From an uncultured Gemmatimonadales bacterium (GTDB lineage Bacteria; Gemmatimonadota; Gemmatimonadetes; Gemmatimonadales; JACORV01): DNA of 64,000 nt. Positions 18,531 through 27,569 of the stretch are shown here, one piece after another (position 1 is the stretch's first letter; each line of letters opens with the position of its first letter). The stretch is taken from the NCBI GenBank assembly GCA_963806755.1, contig CAWDZR010000029.1, positions 282,780 to 346,779 of the forward strand, written 5' to 3'. The position numbers and the translations under genes were made by a program. The notes under the pieces were generated by a model. The model did no database searches. It was given only the letters and a program-made list of their open reading frames with translations, and was not told where the DNA came from.

Positions 18531-19931
18531 CTAGACGGCGGACAACTCCCCGCGCGCCTGCGTGACCCGATCCCGGAAGCTGTGATCGCGGGCGAGCTGT
18601 CGCGAGACCTTGTCGAGACTGTGAATCACTGTCGAGTGATCCCGCCCGCCGAACGCCTGCCCGATTTCCACCAGTTGCATACCCAAGAGATCGCGCGCCA
18701 GGTACATCGCCACCTGGCGGGGCACGGTCAGCCGCTTCGTGCGCGCCTTGGAGCGCAGCCCTTCCGGCGTCACGCCCCAACGCCGCGCGACGACTTCCTG
18801 GACGCGATCGATCGACGGCCCGCCGTGGCGGCCGAGCGCTTCCGCGCCCGCCTCCTCCGCGGGCTTGATCTTGTCCGACAGCGCGTCGCGCGCCAGCTCG
18901 ATCGTGATCTCCCGGTGCTTCAGCGAAGCGAAGAGGAGCAGCTTGATGATGCACCCCTCCAGCTCGCGGACCGAGCTGCGGACGTGCTCCGCGATGAACT
19001 GCAGGACGTCGTCGGGGATCGTGAGCTCGAGATGGTCCTGCTCCGCCTTCTTGCGCAGGATCGCCGTCCGGTGCTCGAGGTCCGGCTGGCCGATATCGGC
19101 GACCATGCCCCAGTCGAAGCGCGACACGAGCCGCACCTCGAGGCCGGGCAGCTCCTTGGGTGAGCGGTCGCTGGTGAGGACGATCTGCTTGCCCGCCTCG
19201 TAGAGCGCGTTGAACGTGTGGAAGAACTCTTCCTGCGTGGACTCCTTGCGCTCGAGGAAGTGCACGTCGTCGAGCAGGAGCAGATCGAGGTCGTTGCGGT
19301 AGCGGCGGCGGAACTCGGCCATCTTCTGGCCGTGGATGTGCTCGATCACCTCGTTGGTGAACTGCTCGCCGCTCATGTACACCGCCCTGGTCTGCGGTGA
19401 GCGCTCGAGCACGGCGTGCGCGATGGCCTGCATCAGGTGCGTCTTCCCCAGGCCGGTGGCGCCGTAGATGAACAGCGGGTTGTAGGCCTTGCCGGGGGCC
19501 TCGGCCACCGCGTGGGCGGCCGCGGCGGCGAGCTCGTTCGACTTGCCGATCACGAACGTGCCGAAGGTGTACCGCTCGTTGAGCGGCATGGACCAGGCCG
19601 GGGCCTTCGCGGGCACGGTGCCGGCCGACGACGCCGGGGTCGCTACGAAGAAGTCCATCTGCGGGCGGCGGGAGCGTTCCTCCATCACGCGGAACGACAT
19701 CTCGAGCCGGCGTCCAGCGACCTGCGTCGAGAGGTCCGACAGCAGGGTCGCGTAGTTGGACTTGTTCCAGTCGGCGGCGAACTCGTCCGGGGCCGCGAGA
19801 ACGAGGGTACCGTTCTCGAGGCCTATCGGCTCAACCGGCTCCAGCCAGGATCGAATCGTGGGCTCGGGTAAACGTCCACGTGCCTGGTCGAGGAGGCGGT
19901 TCCAGGTTTCCTTTACCGAAAGCTCCATCAA
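18531..19931 (-). CDS. dnaA: chromosomal replication initiator protein DnaA
   Basis: 466-aa track ORF; Walker A GATGLGKTHL, LLLDDVHFL, C-terminal DNA-binding domain HSTVIHS. Confidence 0.97.
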   Translation of the reverse strand: MMELSVKETWNRLLDQARGRLPEPTIRSWLEPVEPIGLENGTLVLAAPDEFAADWNKSNYATLLSDLSTQVAGRRLEMSFRVMEERSRRPQMDFFVATPASSAGTVPAKAPAWSMPLNERYTFGTFVIGKSNELAAAAAHAVAEAPGKAYNPLFIYGATGLGKTHLMQAIAHAVLERSPQTRAVYMSGEQFTNEVIEHIHGQKMAEFRRRYRNDLDLLLLDDVHFLERKESTQEEFFHTFNALYEAGKQIVLTSDRSPKELPGLEVRLVSRFDWGMVADIGQPDLEHRTAILRKKAEQDHLELTIPDDVLQFIAEHVRSSVRELEGCIIKLLLFASLKHREITIELARDALSDKIKPAEEAGAEALGRHGGPSIDRVQEVVARRWGVTPEGLRSKARTKRLTVPRQVAMYLARDLLGMQLVEIGQAFGGRDHSTVIHSLDKVSRQLARDHSFRDRVTQARGELSAV

Positions 19932-20056
19932 CGCGGGTCGGAGTTAGGCGGTAGGACTCAAGGGCAGCCGAACGTACGCCTCGTATGTGGAAAAGTCAAC
20001 CTTGACCGGCGACGCCGAGTCCGTGTACGTTTCGCGGCTTTCTGGAGGCAGGGACT

Positions 20057-20218
20057 GTGGGACCGACGTATCGTCCGCGGAACAAAAAGCGACTGAACAA
20101 GCACGGTTTCCGGCACCGGATGAAGACGCGCTGGGGCCGCGCCGTGCTGTCACGCCGCCGCAAGAAGGGGCGGAAGCGTCTCACTGTCCGGATACCGTCC
20201 AAGCACCGGGGCGGTTGA
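20057..20218 (+). CDS. rpmH: 50S ribosomal protein L34
   Basis: Own translation from GTG 20057: [53 protein letters not shown]; below the ORF-track size cutoff; canonical position beside rnpA. Confidence 0.9.
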   Translation: MGPTYRPRNKKRLNKHGFRHRMKTRWGRAVLSRRRKKGRKRLTVRIPSKHRGG

Positions 20219-20574
20219 CGCCCGAACGGCTGCCGAAGTCGTCGAGGATCGCGCGCGCGGCCGAGATCCGCGCGCTCATGACCGAGGGGAAGCGCCGCAG
20301 AACGGATCATCTCGATCTGTTCACCCGGCCTTCCCCTTTCGCGCATTCGCGCCTCGCGGTGATCGTGCCGCGGCACCGGCACACCGCACCGCAGCGCAAT
20401 CTGCTGCGGCGCCGGCTCCGGGAGATCTGCCGGCGCCTGGTGCTGCCGGCGCTGGCCGGCCCCACCGACGTGGGGGTGCGGGCGCGGGAGGCGGCGTATG
20501 GCGAGAGCTTCGACCGTTTGCGCGCGGAGATCGTAGGGATCCTGTGTCCATCGCCGCCCGCATCGCCGTGCTGA
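20215..20574 (+). CDS. rnpA: ribonuclease P protein component
   Basis: C-terminal part of track ORF 19987..20574 ([31 protein letters not shown]...[11 protein letters not shown]); TTG 20215 overlaps the rpmH stop; start uncertain. Confidence 0.8.
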   Translation: MTPERLPKSSRIARAAEIRALMTEGKRRRTDHLDLFTRPSPFAHSRLAVIVPRHRHTAPQRNLLRRRLREICRRLVLPALAGPTDVGVRAREAAYGESFDRLRAEIVGILCPSPPASPC

Positions 20575-20762
20575 TGATCCGAGGTTACCAGGTGACGGTG
20601 TCGCCGCTGCTGCCGGCGGCGTGCCGCTATCAACCCACCTGTTCGGCATATGCCATCGAAGCGGTCGAGCGCTACGGTGCGCTCCGCGGCGCGTGGATGG
20701 GGGCGCGGCGCATCCTGCGCTGCCATCCGTTCGCGCGCGGCGGCTACGACCCGGTGCCCTGA
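20544..20762 (+). CDS. yidD: membrane protein insertion efficiency factor YidD
   Basis: 72-aa track ORF; [33 protein letters not shown]...CHPF signature. Confidence 0.9.
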   Translation: MSIAARIAVLMIRGYQVTVSPLLPAACRYQPTCSAYAIEAVERYGALRGAWMGARRILRCHPFARGGYDPVP

Positions 20763-20765
20763 GCC

Positions 20766-22436
20766 ATGGAACGCCGCCTCGTCGTCGCCATTCTCCTCAT
20801 GATCGTGATCGCGGTGCTGCCGTCGCTGTTCTTCAAGCCGGTGCATCGCCCGGCCGTGCCCGGCGCCGATACGACCCGGGCGGCCGCCGCGCGCGCCGAC
20901 ACGGCCGCGGGACGCGCCGCCGTCTCCGCGCTGCCTGCGGCGCCCGCGCGCGGAGCGGCCGTTGCGCCGTCGCGGCGGAGCGCGGCCCCCGCCCCGGCCG
21001 TGGCCGCCGAGACGGTGACGGTCGCCGACCCGCTGGCGCGCTACACCTTCACCACCGTCGGCGCGGCGCTCGAGGGGGCAGAGCTTCCAGGATACCGCTC
21101 CTTCGGCGGCCCGACGCGCGGCCAGCCGGTGGAGCTGTTGCGGCCGGGCGACCGCATGCTGGTCCATCGGCTGGTGGTGGGCCGGGACACGGTCGCGCTC
21201 GACAGCGTCCCGTTCGCCGTGGAGCGGACGGCGCAAGGCGCCACCTTCCGTGGCCAGGTGAACGGCCTCACCGTGATCCTCTCCTTCGCGCGGCGCACCG
21301 GGCAGAGCTACCTGCTCGACGTCGGCGGCGAGGTGGACGGCCTCGGCGGGCAGGGCGCGCTGCTCCTGGTGGGGCTCGGCTCCGGGTTCGCCAACGTCGA
21401 GGCCGACAGCATCCTCAACTACCGCAGCTACGCGGTGGTCGGGAAGCGCACGGAGCCGGTGAGCATTCCGTTCTCCAAGCTCAAGCCAGGCGAAACGAGC
21501 ACTCTCGACGGGCCTTTCGACTGGGTCGCGGTCAAGTCCAAGTACTTCATCGGCGCCCTGCTGTCGCCCGATAGCACGAAGCCGGCGTTCGGCGGCGCGC
21601 TCGCCACCGGCGGGCCGCCGTCCGGGCGGTTCGAGGTCACGGCGCCGACCTGGGCCACGATGCCCGTGGGACCGGACGGGCGGTTCCATTACAGCCTGTA
21701 CCTGGGGCCGCAGGAATACCGCCAGGTGCGCCTGGTGGGCCGCGGGCTCGACAAGGCCTCGCCCTACGGCTGGATCTTCAAGCCGATCGTGATGCCGGTG
21801 GCGATCTGGATCACCCAGCTGCTGCTGTGGATGCACCAGACCCTGTCGCTCGCCTACGGGTGGGTGCTGATCCTGTTCGGCATCGCGATCCGGCTCGCGC
21901 TCTGGCCCCTGAACCAGAAGGCCATGAAGAGCTCGGTGGCGATGCAGGCCGTGCAGCCGCTGATGAAGGAGATCCAGACGCGGCACAAGGACGATCCGCA
22001 GAAGCTGCAGCAGGAGATGATGAAGCTGTACCGCGAGCACAAGGTGAACCCGTTCGGCAGTTGCCTGCCGATGCTGCTGCCGTTCCCGATCCTGCTGGCA
22101 CTGTTCTTCGTCTTCGCCAACACGATCGCGTTCCGCGGCGTGTCGTTCCTGTGGCTCCCGGACCTGTCGCTCAAGGACCCGACGTACGTGATCCCGGTCG
22201 TGATGGGCGCGTCGATGTGGGCCCTGTCGAAGCTGGGCCAGATGGGGATGCCGCCGAACCCGCAGGCCAAGATGATGACGACCGTCATGCCGATCATGAT
22301 GACGGTCCTGTTCCTGAACTTCGCGTCGGGCTTGAATCTATACTACGCGGTCTCGAACCTGGTGAGCCTGCCGCAGCAGTACATGATCAACAAGGCGCGC
22401 GCACAGGAAATGGCACGGCGGAAGGGAACGACCTAG
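20766..22436 (+). CDS. yidC: membrane protein insertase YidC
   Basis: 556-aa track ORF; N-terminal TM, periplasmic domain, C-terminal 60-kDa IMP core (MQAVQPLMKEIQTRHKDDPQKLQQEMMKLYREHKVNPFGSCLPMLLPFPIL). Confidence 0.93.
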   Translation: MERRLVVAILLMIVIAVLPSLFFKPVHRPAVPGADTTRAAAARADTAAGRAAVSALPAAPARGAAVAPSRRSAAPAPAVAAETVTVADPLARYTFTTVGAALEGAELPGYRSFGGPTRGQPVELLRPGDRMLVHRLVVGRDTVALDSVPFAVERTAQGATFRGQVNGLTVILSFARRTGQSYLLDVGGEVDGLGGQGALLLVGLGSGFANVEADSILNYRSYAVVGKRTEPVSIPFSKLKPGETSTLDGPFDWVAVKSKYFIGALLSPDSTKPAFGGALATGGPPSGRFEVTAPTWATMPVGPDGRFHYSLYLGPQEYRQVRLVGRGLDKASPYGWIFKPIVMPVAIWITQLLLWMHQTLSLAYGWVLILFGIAIRLALWPLNQKAMKSSVAMQAVQPLMKEIQTRHKDDPQKLQQEMMKLYREHKVNPFGSCLPMLLPFPILLALFFVFANTIAFRGVSFLWLPDLSLKDPTYVIPVVMGASMWALSKLGQMGMPPNPQAKMMTTVMPIMMTVLFLNFASGLNLYYAVSNLVSLPQQYMINKARAQEMARRKGTT

Positions 22437-22443
22437 CAGCGCT

Positions 22444-22902
22444 TCACCGGCTGGATCGGCTCAAGTCCTCGTCGAGCAGTCCCTGCGCCACTCGCCGCTC
22501 GCGCAGCTCTCCCAGTCGCAGCACGTCCACCAGGGCCAGCACCCGGTAGAGGTACTCGTCCGCCAGCGCCGCCCGCGGCGCCTGGCCGTAGAGGGGCAGC
22601 AGCCCCCGGCCCCGCCCTGCCGCCTCCGCGTTCGGCCACACCACCGCCGGGGCCGCCGCGAACTTGCCCGCGAGCGCCGGCGCCGAGGCGGCGGTGAGCA
22701 CTCCCTGGGTTTCGGCCCCGAGCACGGCGGGAAAGACGTAGCGCACGCCGTGCACGAGGCACTCCAGCAGCGCCTGCCGGTTCACCCGCCGCTCGCCCGC
22801 GACCACCAGCCCGGCGCCCTCGAGCCGCCGCACCCCCCGGTGCACCTCGGCCAGACCCAGGCGTAGCCCGAGGGCCAGAGCCTGGTAGGGCGCGTGCGGC
22901 AT
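22444..22902 (-). CDS. hypothetical protein with winged-helix-like N-terminus (start may lie upstream, up to 22971)
   Basis: 152-aa track ORF; YQALALGLRLGLAEVHRGVRRLEGAGLVV looks like a wHTH recognition helix plus wing; the frame is open upstream to TAG 22975-22977 and encodes a plausible helix 1 (PSDIAVALWLAR). Confidence 0.5.
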   Translation of the reverse strand: MPHAPYQALALGLRLGLAEVHRGVRRLEGAGLVVAGERRVNRQALLECLVHGVRYVFPAVLGAETQGVLTAASAPALAGKFAAAPAVVWPNAEAAGRGRGLLPLYGQAPRAALADEYLYRVLALVDVLRLGELRERRVAQGLLDEDLSRSSR

Positions 22903-22980
22903 GCGGGCGAGCCACAGCGCGACGGCGATGTCGCTCGGCCGAAGGGTGGGCTGCTTGGCGTAAGGTGCCGTTGCCTAGAA

Positions 22981-23002
22981 TTCCTGTTTCCGGAAATAGG
23001 AA
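22981..23002. promoter_or_regulatory. 22-bp near-perfect palindrome in an AT-rich promoter island
   Basis: TTCCTGTTTCC/GGAAATAGGAA (one mismatch), read directly; lies between possible -35/-10 elements on the minus strand (TTGCAT-N17-TATGTT) and the start of the 22444..22902 gene. Confidence 0.4.
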
Positions 23003-23051
23003 CATATTGATTGACAACGTCATATGCAATGCCAACTGCACCGTTTGCGGC

Positions 23052-23252
23052 CTAGCGCTTGGAGTCCTGGATGTCGGTAGCGGCCCGCCAAACCTCGTCG
23101 GCGAGCCACTCGAGGCGTTCTTCGGCGTATTCGAGGTCCTGCTTGCTCATCGTCTGCACGTTGCGGGCGACGTAGCGGACGTGCTCGACCAGCTCGTCGA
23201 GGACCTCGCGCAATCCGCGGTTGACGCGCCGCTCGCCGGCGGGGGAGGTCAC
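23052..23252 (-). CDS. small hypothetical acidic helical protein
   Basis: Tail of track ORF 23052..23840: VTSPAGERRVNRGLREVLDELVEHVRYVARNVQTMSKQDLEYAEERLEWLADEVWRAATDIQDSKR; its GTG overlaps the upstream gene's stop (GTGA at 23249-23252); no family recognised. Confidence 0.3.
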   Translation of the reverse strand: MTSPAGERRVNRGLREVLDELVEHVRYVARNVQTMSKQDLEYAEERLEWLADEVWRAATDIQDSKR

Positions 23253-24199
23253 GCGCCCACCGCGCGGCCGGCGGCCTGGCGGGCCGCGGCCGCCTCGAAT
23301 TCGGCGGTGGTGGCGCGGGCGGCGGAGGCGACGCCCCGTTCGGCGACGAGGGCCTCGACCATGCGGGCGCCGAGGTAGTAGCCGCAGCGCTCGGGCAGGA
23401 CGCGGCCCTGGACGAGACGGGCGGCCGGGCTCATGCCGCCGCTCAGGTAGCGCAGCCGCAGGCCGAGGCCGGTGTGATCGAGGTCGGGCTCGACGGCGCG
23501 GAAGAGGAACGACTCCAACTCCCGCATGCGGCGATACTGACGCCGGGTGAAGCCGAAGTACTCCTCTTCCGCAAAACCGGGAGCGGCGGCTCGCGCGGCG
23601 TGCACCGCGACGCCCTCGTTGACGAGGAGCTCGCGCAGCGGTGCCCGGCTCCCCGTCTCCCAGTAGTCGTAGGCGCCCCCCGCTTCGGCGACCAGGCGCT
23701 TGAGCTCGGAGCGGCTGGTGGGCGACGTGTAGCGCACCGTGTGGGCGACCTCGTGCGCGATCCACAGCGGGAGCAGCTGCGGCGAGAGCCCGAGCCCGTA
23801 CGTGTCGGGGTTCGGCTCGCCGGTGAAGTGCTCGACGCACACGATGACGATGCCACGGCCGCCCACCACCAGCTCGGCCGCGTTCGCCGCCCCCACACCG
23901 ACCGTGAGATAGACGTCCACCTCCTGGTCGAGCTCGAGGATGGTGGTGGCGCGGTCGAGCACCTCGACGGTGAGCCGCTCGAGGTCCACCTCCGCCATCA
24001 GGCGGCGCAGGTCGTTCCGGCTGGCGGCGAGCGCGCGCGCGATCACCTCGACGCGGTGCGGCGAGTCGAGATCGAGCACGTAATTGTGCCAGTAGCTGCC
24101 GAGCACCTGCTGGTGACGATCGAGGTAGGCCTGGTAGGCCGCGTCCGGAGTGGACGATGCGCGTGCGGCGAGAAACTCGGGGATGAGGTTGATGATCAT
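23249..24199 (-). CDS. DUF2268-like putative zinc-dependent protease
   Basis: C-terminal 316 aa of track ORF 23249..24508, from MIINLIPEFLAARAS; HEVAH zinc motif in WIAHEVAHTVRY; family assignment from memory. Confidence 0.7.
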   Translation of the reverse strand: MIINLIPEFLAARASSTPDAAYQAYLDRHQQVLGSYWHNYVLDLDSPHRVEVIARALAASRNDLRRLMAEVDLERLTVEVLDRATTILELDQEVDVYLTVGVGAANAAELVVGGRGIVIVCVEHFTGEPNPDTYGLGLSPQLLPLWIAHEVAHTVRYTSPTSRSELKRLVAEAGGAYDYWETGSRAPLRELLVNEGVAVHAARAAAPGFAEEEYFGFTRRQYRRMRELESFLFRAVEPDLDHTGLGLRLRYLSGGMSPAARLVQGRVLPERCGYYLGARMVEALVAERGVASAARATTAEFEAAAARQAAGRAVGA

Positions 24200-24248
24200 C
24201 GTATCGGCCGCCCCAATTTGGAGCGTGGGACGGCGGCGGACAAGAGCG

Positions 24249-26228
24249 CTAGCGCAGATCGAAATCGAGCGTCCCGCTGGCGGCGTGCACGCCGCGGACC
24301 GCGTCGCTGATTTCGAGCACGAGGCGGTAGTGCCCCGGAGGCAATCGCCCCGGATCGATGACGAGGGATTCGAGCGCGGGGTCCGCGGCGGGAATCGTGC
24401 GGCGGAACGTGATCGTGACCACCCGGCGCCGCGCCAGCGCGCCGAGCCATCCACGCGAGGCTCGCTCGAACCGGTACACGGCGTCGTAGCGGGCGATGCC
24501 CTCGTCACTGGCGAGGCCGTACAACTCCGCGTACACGCGCAGCGGCCGGCCCGCCGGCAGCCGCAACGCAGGGGGCGCGCCCGCCTCGAGCGCGGAGCGC
24601 GCGGGCGCGACGGTGCCGCTCGCGATCAGCAGGCTCGAGATGGTCAGGGAGTCGGGAGGGAACCACGGGACGGTCATCGGGCCGCGGTAGCGGCCGCTCT
24701 CCCCGCCGCGCGCCGCATCCACCGCCAGCAGGTACGAGCCTGGCGCGACGACGAGATGGACCGGCCGTCCGGCCGGCGCGGAGTCGCGCGCCGCGGGAGA
24801 GCCGGCGGAGTTGAACAGCACGGCGAGCGCGGACACGCTGTCGGGGAAGAGCGTGACCTCGGTGCTGTCGCCGCCCGCGGCGCGGAAGGCGGCGGGCCAG
24901 AAGAACGACGTCAGCGTCGCCGGGGCATCGGGGCGATCCGTGTCGAGCAGGTAGCGCGCGGCCTGCGCCTCCCCCGCCACGACGGGCGTGACGACCTCGT
25001 CGCCCCCGCCGTCGGAGGTGCGGCGCACGAACGTGACCTGGAACTGCCCCTCGGGAAGGTCGTACCACCACGTCTCGGCGTCCGTGCTCCAGACCTCACG
25101 CCGCTGCGGCTCGCCGTAGCGGACGAGGATGCGCCCGCGATCGTCGAGGCCGTCCTCGAGGTTGACGGTCTCCTGCGTGGTGTCGTCGAGGCGGGCGACG
25201 ATGCCCGCGGCGACCGCCGCGTCGGCCACGCGCGGCTGCCGCGACTCGCCGATGCCGGCGCGGACCGACGTGAGCTCGGACGCTTCGTCCGGCGGCAGCC
25301 CCAGGCCGCCCATGATCGTGCGCCACAGCCGCGAGTGGTTCCAGCGGGACTGGGGATGCAGCAGCGCGTAGGCGCGGCGCGCCGCGACGAGGCGCCGGAA
25401 GTGCTCGCCGATCCGCGCGTTGACCCCGTCGCGCAGGTCGGGGTTGCGACCGTCCCAGAACAGGCGCAGGAACGCCGGCCGTTCGTCGGGGCGGAGGGCG
25501 GCCCAACGGGCGTGCTCCAGCGGCGAAGCGATGCTGCGCACCTGCCGCCACAGGAGGCCGCCGCTGTCGGCGGCGGCGCGCCGGATCGCCGCGTCGTAGA
25601 TCGGGACGGCCGCGCTGTCGCGGTCTTGCTCGAACAGCGCGCGCGCCAGCCAGGCTCGGGGCGCGGGGTCGCCTGGCGCCGCCGCGGCGAGGGAATCCAG
25701 CAGGGGATCAGCGTCGCGGTAGCGGCGCAACTCGACGAGCAGCCCGGCGCGGTGGAGGTCCGCGGCGTAGTCTCCGGCGTGGCGATCGAGCGTCTCGACC
25801 ATCTCCGCCCGATCGCCGTCGTCACGGTAGAGCGTCAGCCACAGCGCCCAGGCGTCCCGGTAGCCGGGGTCGAGCGCCAGGACCTTCACCAGGGCCCGGC
25901 GGGCGAGCGCCTCGCCGTCGTCGCCGGCCAGGCGCAGGCCGACCAGGCTGCGGTAGTACGAAGGCGCGGGGTCCTCGGAATCGAGCGCCTGGGCGCGGGC
26001 CAGGATCGAATCCGCCTTGAAGCGGCCGAAGACGGGCCAGGCAAGCCAGATGCGGCCGAGCACGATCAGCGGCGCCGGGTCGTCGGGATGGTCCCGCGCC
26101 AGGCGCTCGGCGATCTCGCGCGCCGGCTGGAGACGGTCGGCCGCGAGGAGCGACTCCGCCTGGCGCAGCTCGGAGACGAGGGGCGCCTGCTGCAGCGCGA
26201 CGAGCGCGACGGTCAGGAGGGAGAGCGT
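24249..26228 (-). CDS. TPR-containing GWxTD-related secreted protein (start uncertain: ACG 26228 or GTG 26063)
   Basis: Part of track ORF 24249..26573; FLRLFWDGRNPDL...EHFRRLVAARRAY...DDRGRILVRYGEP resembles GWxTD-family core motifs. The upstream 115 codons of the track ORF are Arg-rich out-of-frame overlap with the macro-domain gene. Confidence 0.65.
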   Translation of the reverse strand, partial: TLSLLTVALVALQQAPLVSELRQAESLLAADRLQPAREIAERLARDHPDDPAPLIVLGRIWLAWPVFGRFKADSILARAQALDSEDPAPSYYRSLVGLRLAGDDGEALARRALVKVLALDPGYRDAWALWLTLYRDDGDRAEMVETLDRHAGDYAADLHRAGLLVELRRYRDADPLLDSLAAAAPGDPAPRAWLARALFEQDRDSAAVPIYDAAIRRAAADSGGLLWRQVRSIASPLEHARWAALRPDERPAFLRLFWDGRNPDLRDGVNARIGEHFRRLVAARRAYALLHPQSRWNHSRLWRTIMGGLGLPPDEASELTSVRAGIGESRQPRVADAAVAAGIVARLDDTTQETVNLEDGLDDRGRILVRYGEPQRREVWSTDAETWWYDLPEGQFQVTFVRRTSDGGGDEVVTPVVAGEAQAARYLLDTDRPDAPATLTSFFWPAAFRAAGGDSTEVTLFPDSVSALAVLFNSAGSPAARDSAPAGRPVHLVVAPGSYLLAVDAARGGESGRYRGPMTVPWFPPDSLTISSLLIASGTVAPARSALEAGAPPALRLPAGRPLRVYAELYGLASDEGIARYDAVYRFERASRGWLGALARRRVVTITFRRTIPAADPALESLVIDPGRLPPGHYRLVLEISDAVRGVHAASGTLDFDLR

Positions 26229-26710
26229 GCGAGCACCTCCGCGATCACCGCGGCGTCCTCGGCCGTGTAGCCGTAGATCGTCACGTCGTGGGGCCCGCCG
26301 CCAGCGTCGGCCTCGCGGATCGCCGCCGCCATGATCTCGACCGCGCGCCGGAACGGGAAGCCGCCGATCCCCGCGCCGAGGACCGGAAAGGCGAGATCGG
26401 CGACCTCGCGCTCGGCGGCCAGGCGCAGGGCGTCGCGCGTGGCGCCCAGGATGCTGTGCTCGCTCGCCGGCTCGTCGCCCATCGCGGCGGCGTGGATGAC
26501 GTAGCGGAAGGGAAGGGCGCCGGCGCCGGTCACGGCGGCCTCGCCGACGCGGATCGGGCCGTGGCGGACGCACTCGGCCTGGATGGCGGGCCCGCCGCGG
26601 CGGGCGATGGCGCCCGCGACGCCGGCACCGAGGATGAGATGGTTGTTGGCCGCGTTGACGATCGCGGTGCCGGCATAGGCGGTGATGTCGCCCCGCGCGG
26701 CCCGGATCAC
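26213..26710 (-). CDS. macro domain protein (O-acetyl-ADP-ribose deacetylase-like)
   Basis: 165-aa track ORF; GDITAYAGTAIVNAANNHLILGAGVAGAI and FPVLGAGIGGFP motifs. Confidence 0.85.
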   Translation of the reverse strand: MIRAARGDITAYAGTAIVNAANNHLILGAGVAGAIARRGGPAIQAECVRHGPIRVGEAAVTGAGALPFRYVIHAAAMGDEPASEHSILGATRDALRLAAEREVADLAFPVLGAGIGGFPFRRAVEIMAAAIREADAGGGPHDVTIYGYTAEDAAVIAEVLARSPS

Positions 26711-26711
26711 C

Positions 26712-27542
26712 TCACTGTCCCTGTTGGAACCGCTTGCTCATCTCGTCGAGGAACCGCCGCTCCTCCGGCGTCAGGCTCTCGAGGCCGCCGGCCGAGATCT
26801 TGTCGAGGACCCGGTCCACCTCGTCGAGCACCTTGGGATCCGCACGGCGCCCGGCCGCGAACGGCCCCGCGCCGCGGCCGGTCTGCGCCGCCGCCGGGTG
26901 GACGAGCACGGCGGTATCGTGCGCGGCCGGACGTTCGCGGCGCAGGCCGTGCGCCAGCGCGCCCCCGCGGAGGTAAAGGAACGCGGCCGCGAACCCGCCC
27001 ACGTGCGCCAGGTGCGCGACGCCGTCGTGCATCTGGAAGGCGACCGGCAGCACGTTGGCGACCGCGAAGAAGATCAGCAGCCACTTCGCCTTCACCGGCA
27101 CGGGCAGCGGAAAGACGTAGATCGGCGCATCGGGCCACTCGAGCACGAACGCGAGCATGACGCCGAAGATCGCCGCCGACGCACCGATGATCAGGCTGTC
27201 GCCGGCCAACGGGAGCAGCGCCGCCGACAGCGCCGCGCCGCCCAGGGCCGAGATCACGTAGAGGCGGATGAACCGGCGGCCGCCCATGTGGCTCTCGACC
27301 ATCGGGCCGAACATGAACAGCGCCAGCATGTTGAAGAAGATGTGCAGAAAATTGCCGTGCAGGAGCGCGTAGCTGAGCAGCGTCCAGGGGCGCTCCAGGG
27401 CAAGGGACGGCCGGAACCCGAACGTCTCCACCAGCCACGGGCTCGTGAAGACGGTCACCTGCAGCAGGTACACGATGCCCGTGGCGACCAGCAGCCGCCG
27501 CACCCACGGGGTCAGAGCGAAGGGAGAGCCGTCGTATTCCAT
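26712..27542 (-). CDS. rhomboid family intramembrane serine protease
   Basis: 276-aa track ORF; LLHGNFLHIFFNMLALFMFG, GASAAIFG (catalytic Ser), HLAHVGGF (catalytic His). Confidence 0.85.
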   Translation of the reverse strand: MEYDGSPFALTPWVRRLLVATGIVYLLQVTVFTSPWLVETFGFRPSLALERPWTLLSYALLHGNFLHIFFNMLALFMFGPMVESHMGGRRFIRLYVISALGGAALSAALLPLAGDSLIIGASAAIFGVMLAFVLEWPDAPIYVFPLPVPVKAKWLLIFFAVANVLPVAFQMHDGVAHLAHVGGFAAAFLYLRGGALAHGLRRERPAAHDTAVLVHPAAAQTGRGAGPFAAGRRADPKVLDEVDRVLDKISAGGLESLTPEERRFLDEMSKRFQQGQ

Positions 27543-27569
27543 AGGGTCGACCGAGAGGTATCCCCCGGT

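Noticed and set aside
26213-27542. Macro-domain protein next to a rhomboid protease, considered as an ADP-ribosylation-based defence or toxin-antitoxin module
   Set aside because: No ADP-ribosyltransferase, sirtuin or other effector partner is adjacent. Both genes sit in a long housekeeping-type co-directional string.
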